Source: Amoeboradix gromovi X-113 (Eukaryota > Fungi > Sanchytriomycota). From it: a stretch of 9,596 bases of DNA. Of this stretch, positions 8,399 through 9,596 are shown piece after piece. The position numbers and the translations under genes were made by a program. The notes beneath the pieces are model-generated. The model saw only the letters and a program-made list of their open reading frames with translations, was not told where the DNA came from and ran no database searches. Every line of letters starts with the position of its first letter. Positions within the stretch are counted from its first letter, which is position 1. The stretch lies in assembly GCA_018985225.1 (NCBI GenBank), contig JADGIF010000382.1, forward strand, positions 1 to 9,596, given 5' to 3'.

Positions 8399-8670
8399 TG
8401 GGTTTGTTTGTATCAAGTGCCCCTTGAATAAATTAACCAAAATGTGGCACCTTCTTTTGATTTCGGCACCTGCATGTGCATACTAAATTGCAAAGGATAA
8501 TTGGGCGCTAGATCGCGGTGCAAGATTTATGAACCAACCGAAAGAGTGCACCCACAATCTGATTCTCTGGGCGTAAATTACACTAGCGAGTGGCAAATTG
8601 CTGAACCTTCTGATACATTTTGACTATCTTGGTTTTATTTAGGAGAATTAAAATAGGGAGAAACAAATTA
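8399..8670. promoter_or_regulatory. Bidirectional promoter between SNF1 and the SAM carrier
   Basis: 272 nt between divergent ATGs. Contains CGCTAG (8506-8511), ACTAGCGAGTGGCAAAT (8582-8598) and two GGCACCT copies. Confidence 0.6.
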
Positions 8671-9306
8671 ATGCATGGATTTATTGCTGGGGCGTTATCT
8701 GGGTTAACGGTGGATGTATTTCTGTTTCCATTAGACACTATAAAAACAAGATTACAAGCCAGTCAAGGATTTATGAAAGCCGGTGGGTTTAAATCTGTTT
8801 ATCGCGGGCTTCTTCCTGTTTTGCTAGGAAGCATGCCTAGCGCAGGAGTATTTTTTACAGTATATGATCATTTGGATGCCCCTCTACTAGTACGCTCATC
8901 AGTGGGAGAAGCTGCAGCCTGCCTGATAAGAGTTCCTGTTGATAATTTTAAAATGAACCGACAAGTCCAGCAGTTACAACATAGATCGATATTCAGAGGG
9001 TTTTGGATGACCATATTTCGAGACATGCCCTTCAGTGTTATTCAATTTTCTATATTTGAACATCTCAAAAAGGATAACCCTTTAGCGCTAGCAACTACTA
9101 GTGCTGGTGTCATTGCAGCCCTTCTGACTACGCCTCTGGACGTTATTCGAACCAGAGTAATCTTATCAAATTCACCGCTTGAGATGGTTGTTAAACAGGT
9201 TTGGACCGAGAAATCTTATTTTAATGGACTACTTCCTCGAATGTTTTGGATTGGGCTCGGTGGTTTCCTATTTCTAGGCGTTCATGAAAAACTGAAGGTC
9301 CTTTAA
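8671..9306 (+). CDS. PET8: Mitochondrial S-adenosylmethionine carrier (PET8/SAM5/SLC25A26-like), unusually short
   Basis: Three carrier signatures (PLDTIKTRLQ, PVDNFK, PLDVIRTR) plus SAMC-typical GFxxAGGF..YRGL, GE..ACLIRVP, RDMPFS.IQF and PR..WI.LGG..FLG. The first ATG is at 8671 (211 aa). Confidence 0.9.
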   Translation: MHGFIAGALSGLTVDVFLFPLDTIKTRLQASQGFMKAGGFKSVYRGLLPVLLGSMPSAGVFFTVYDHLDAPLLVRSSVGEAAACLIRVPVDNFKMNRQVQQLQHRSIFRGFWMTIFRDMPFSVIQFSIFEHLKKDNPLALATTSAGVIAALLTTPLDVIRTRVILSNSPLEMVVKQVWTEKSYFNGLLPRMFWIGLGGFLFLGVHEKLKVL

Positions 9307-9403
9307 GTAAATTTAAGCTTTTCTGTTCTGTGTACAATCTTTAAATCATGTATCTCGATCGTGTACTACTATAGCTATCAATTTCAATGAAATTGTCCAT
9401 TTA

Positions 9404-9577
9404 TCAGATTACGCAAGCAGCATTGATCCAGTTCACTATCTTTCTAGACTTTTCTAACAGCTTGACTATCTTCTTGAATAAATCATTTATCGCGAATTTG
9501 TATGTATTTTTGTATAATTTCAAGACTTTTCTAATAGTTTAAATACTCGATATTCTTCCTTTTCGCAAATGGTAAAT
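9404..9577 (-). pseudogene. Relic of unknown family B, copy 2
   Basis: FTICEKEEYRVFKLLEKS, a 10-nt deletion, then VLKLYKNTYKFAINDLFKKIVKLLEKSRKIVNWINAACVI*. Homologous to 5074-5190, with an internal repeat at 9446-9463 vs 9523-9540 (16/18). Confidence 0.7.
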
Positions 9578-9596
9578 CAATTCTAAATAAATAATT

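Noticed and set aside
8589-8597. AGTGGCAAA resembling the Rpn4 PACE element
   Set aside because: It is not upstream of the proteostasis gene NPL4, where the equivalent bases differ. It is better explained as part of the ACTAGCGAGT motif.
1-9596. Stop-codon reassignment (TAA/TAG = Gln as in some aphelids) explaining the broken spacer ORFs
   Set aside because: Conserved genes of 211-538 aa have no internal TAA/TAG/TGA and end at the expected positions with TAA or TAG. The relics also contain frameshifts.

Overview
AT-rich eukaryotic DNA, most consistent with a compact, intron-poor early-diverging fungus or fungal relative. This is inferred from a fungal-type Npl4 lacking the C-terminal NZF and a fungal-like Snf1 C-terminus. 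Six intronless genes are present: the 3' end of a coiled-coil protein (<1-278 +), a small secreted C-type-lectin-like protein (1842-2225 +), Npl4 (2656-4272 -), an EamA/SLC35G-like transporter (5240-6184 +), Snf1/AMPK-alpha (6995-8398 -) and a very short PET8/SLC25A26-like mitochondrial SAM carrier (8671-9306 +). The ORF track misses the most interesting layer: most long spacers contain decayed, frameshifted gene fragments, several of which recur within the window. These are tandem alpha/beta-hydrolase relics, a family with kinase-like and possibly Crinkler-like nuclease+kinase motifs, and an unknown 'KLLEKSRK' family present as an inverted pair with mostly synonymous differences. All six genes have A(A/G)TAAA overlapping or within 3 nt of the stop codon. 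The four housekeeping genes share AAACA just before the ATG and a CTAGCG-core upstream motif. Npl4 has lost its second zinc finger. I see no prokaryotic features, RNA genes or CRISPR arrays. Alignments were done by eye, and family assignments of the relics are inference.
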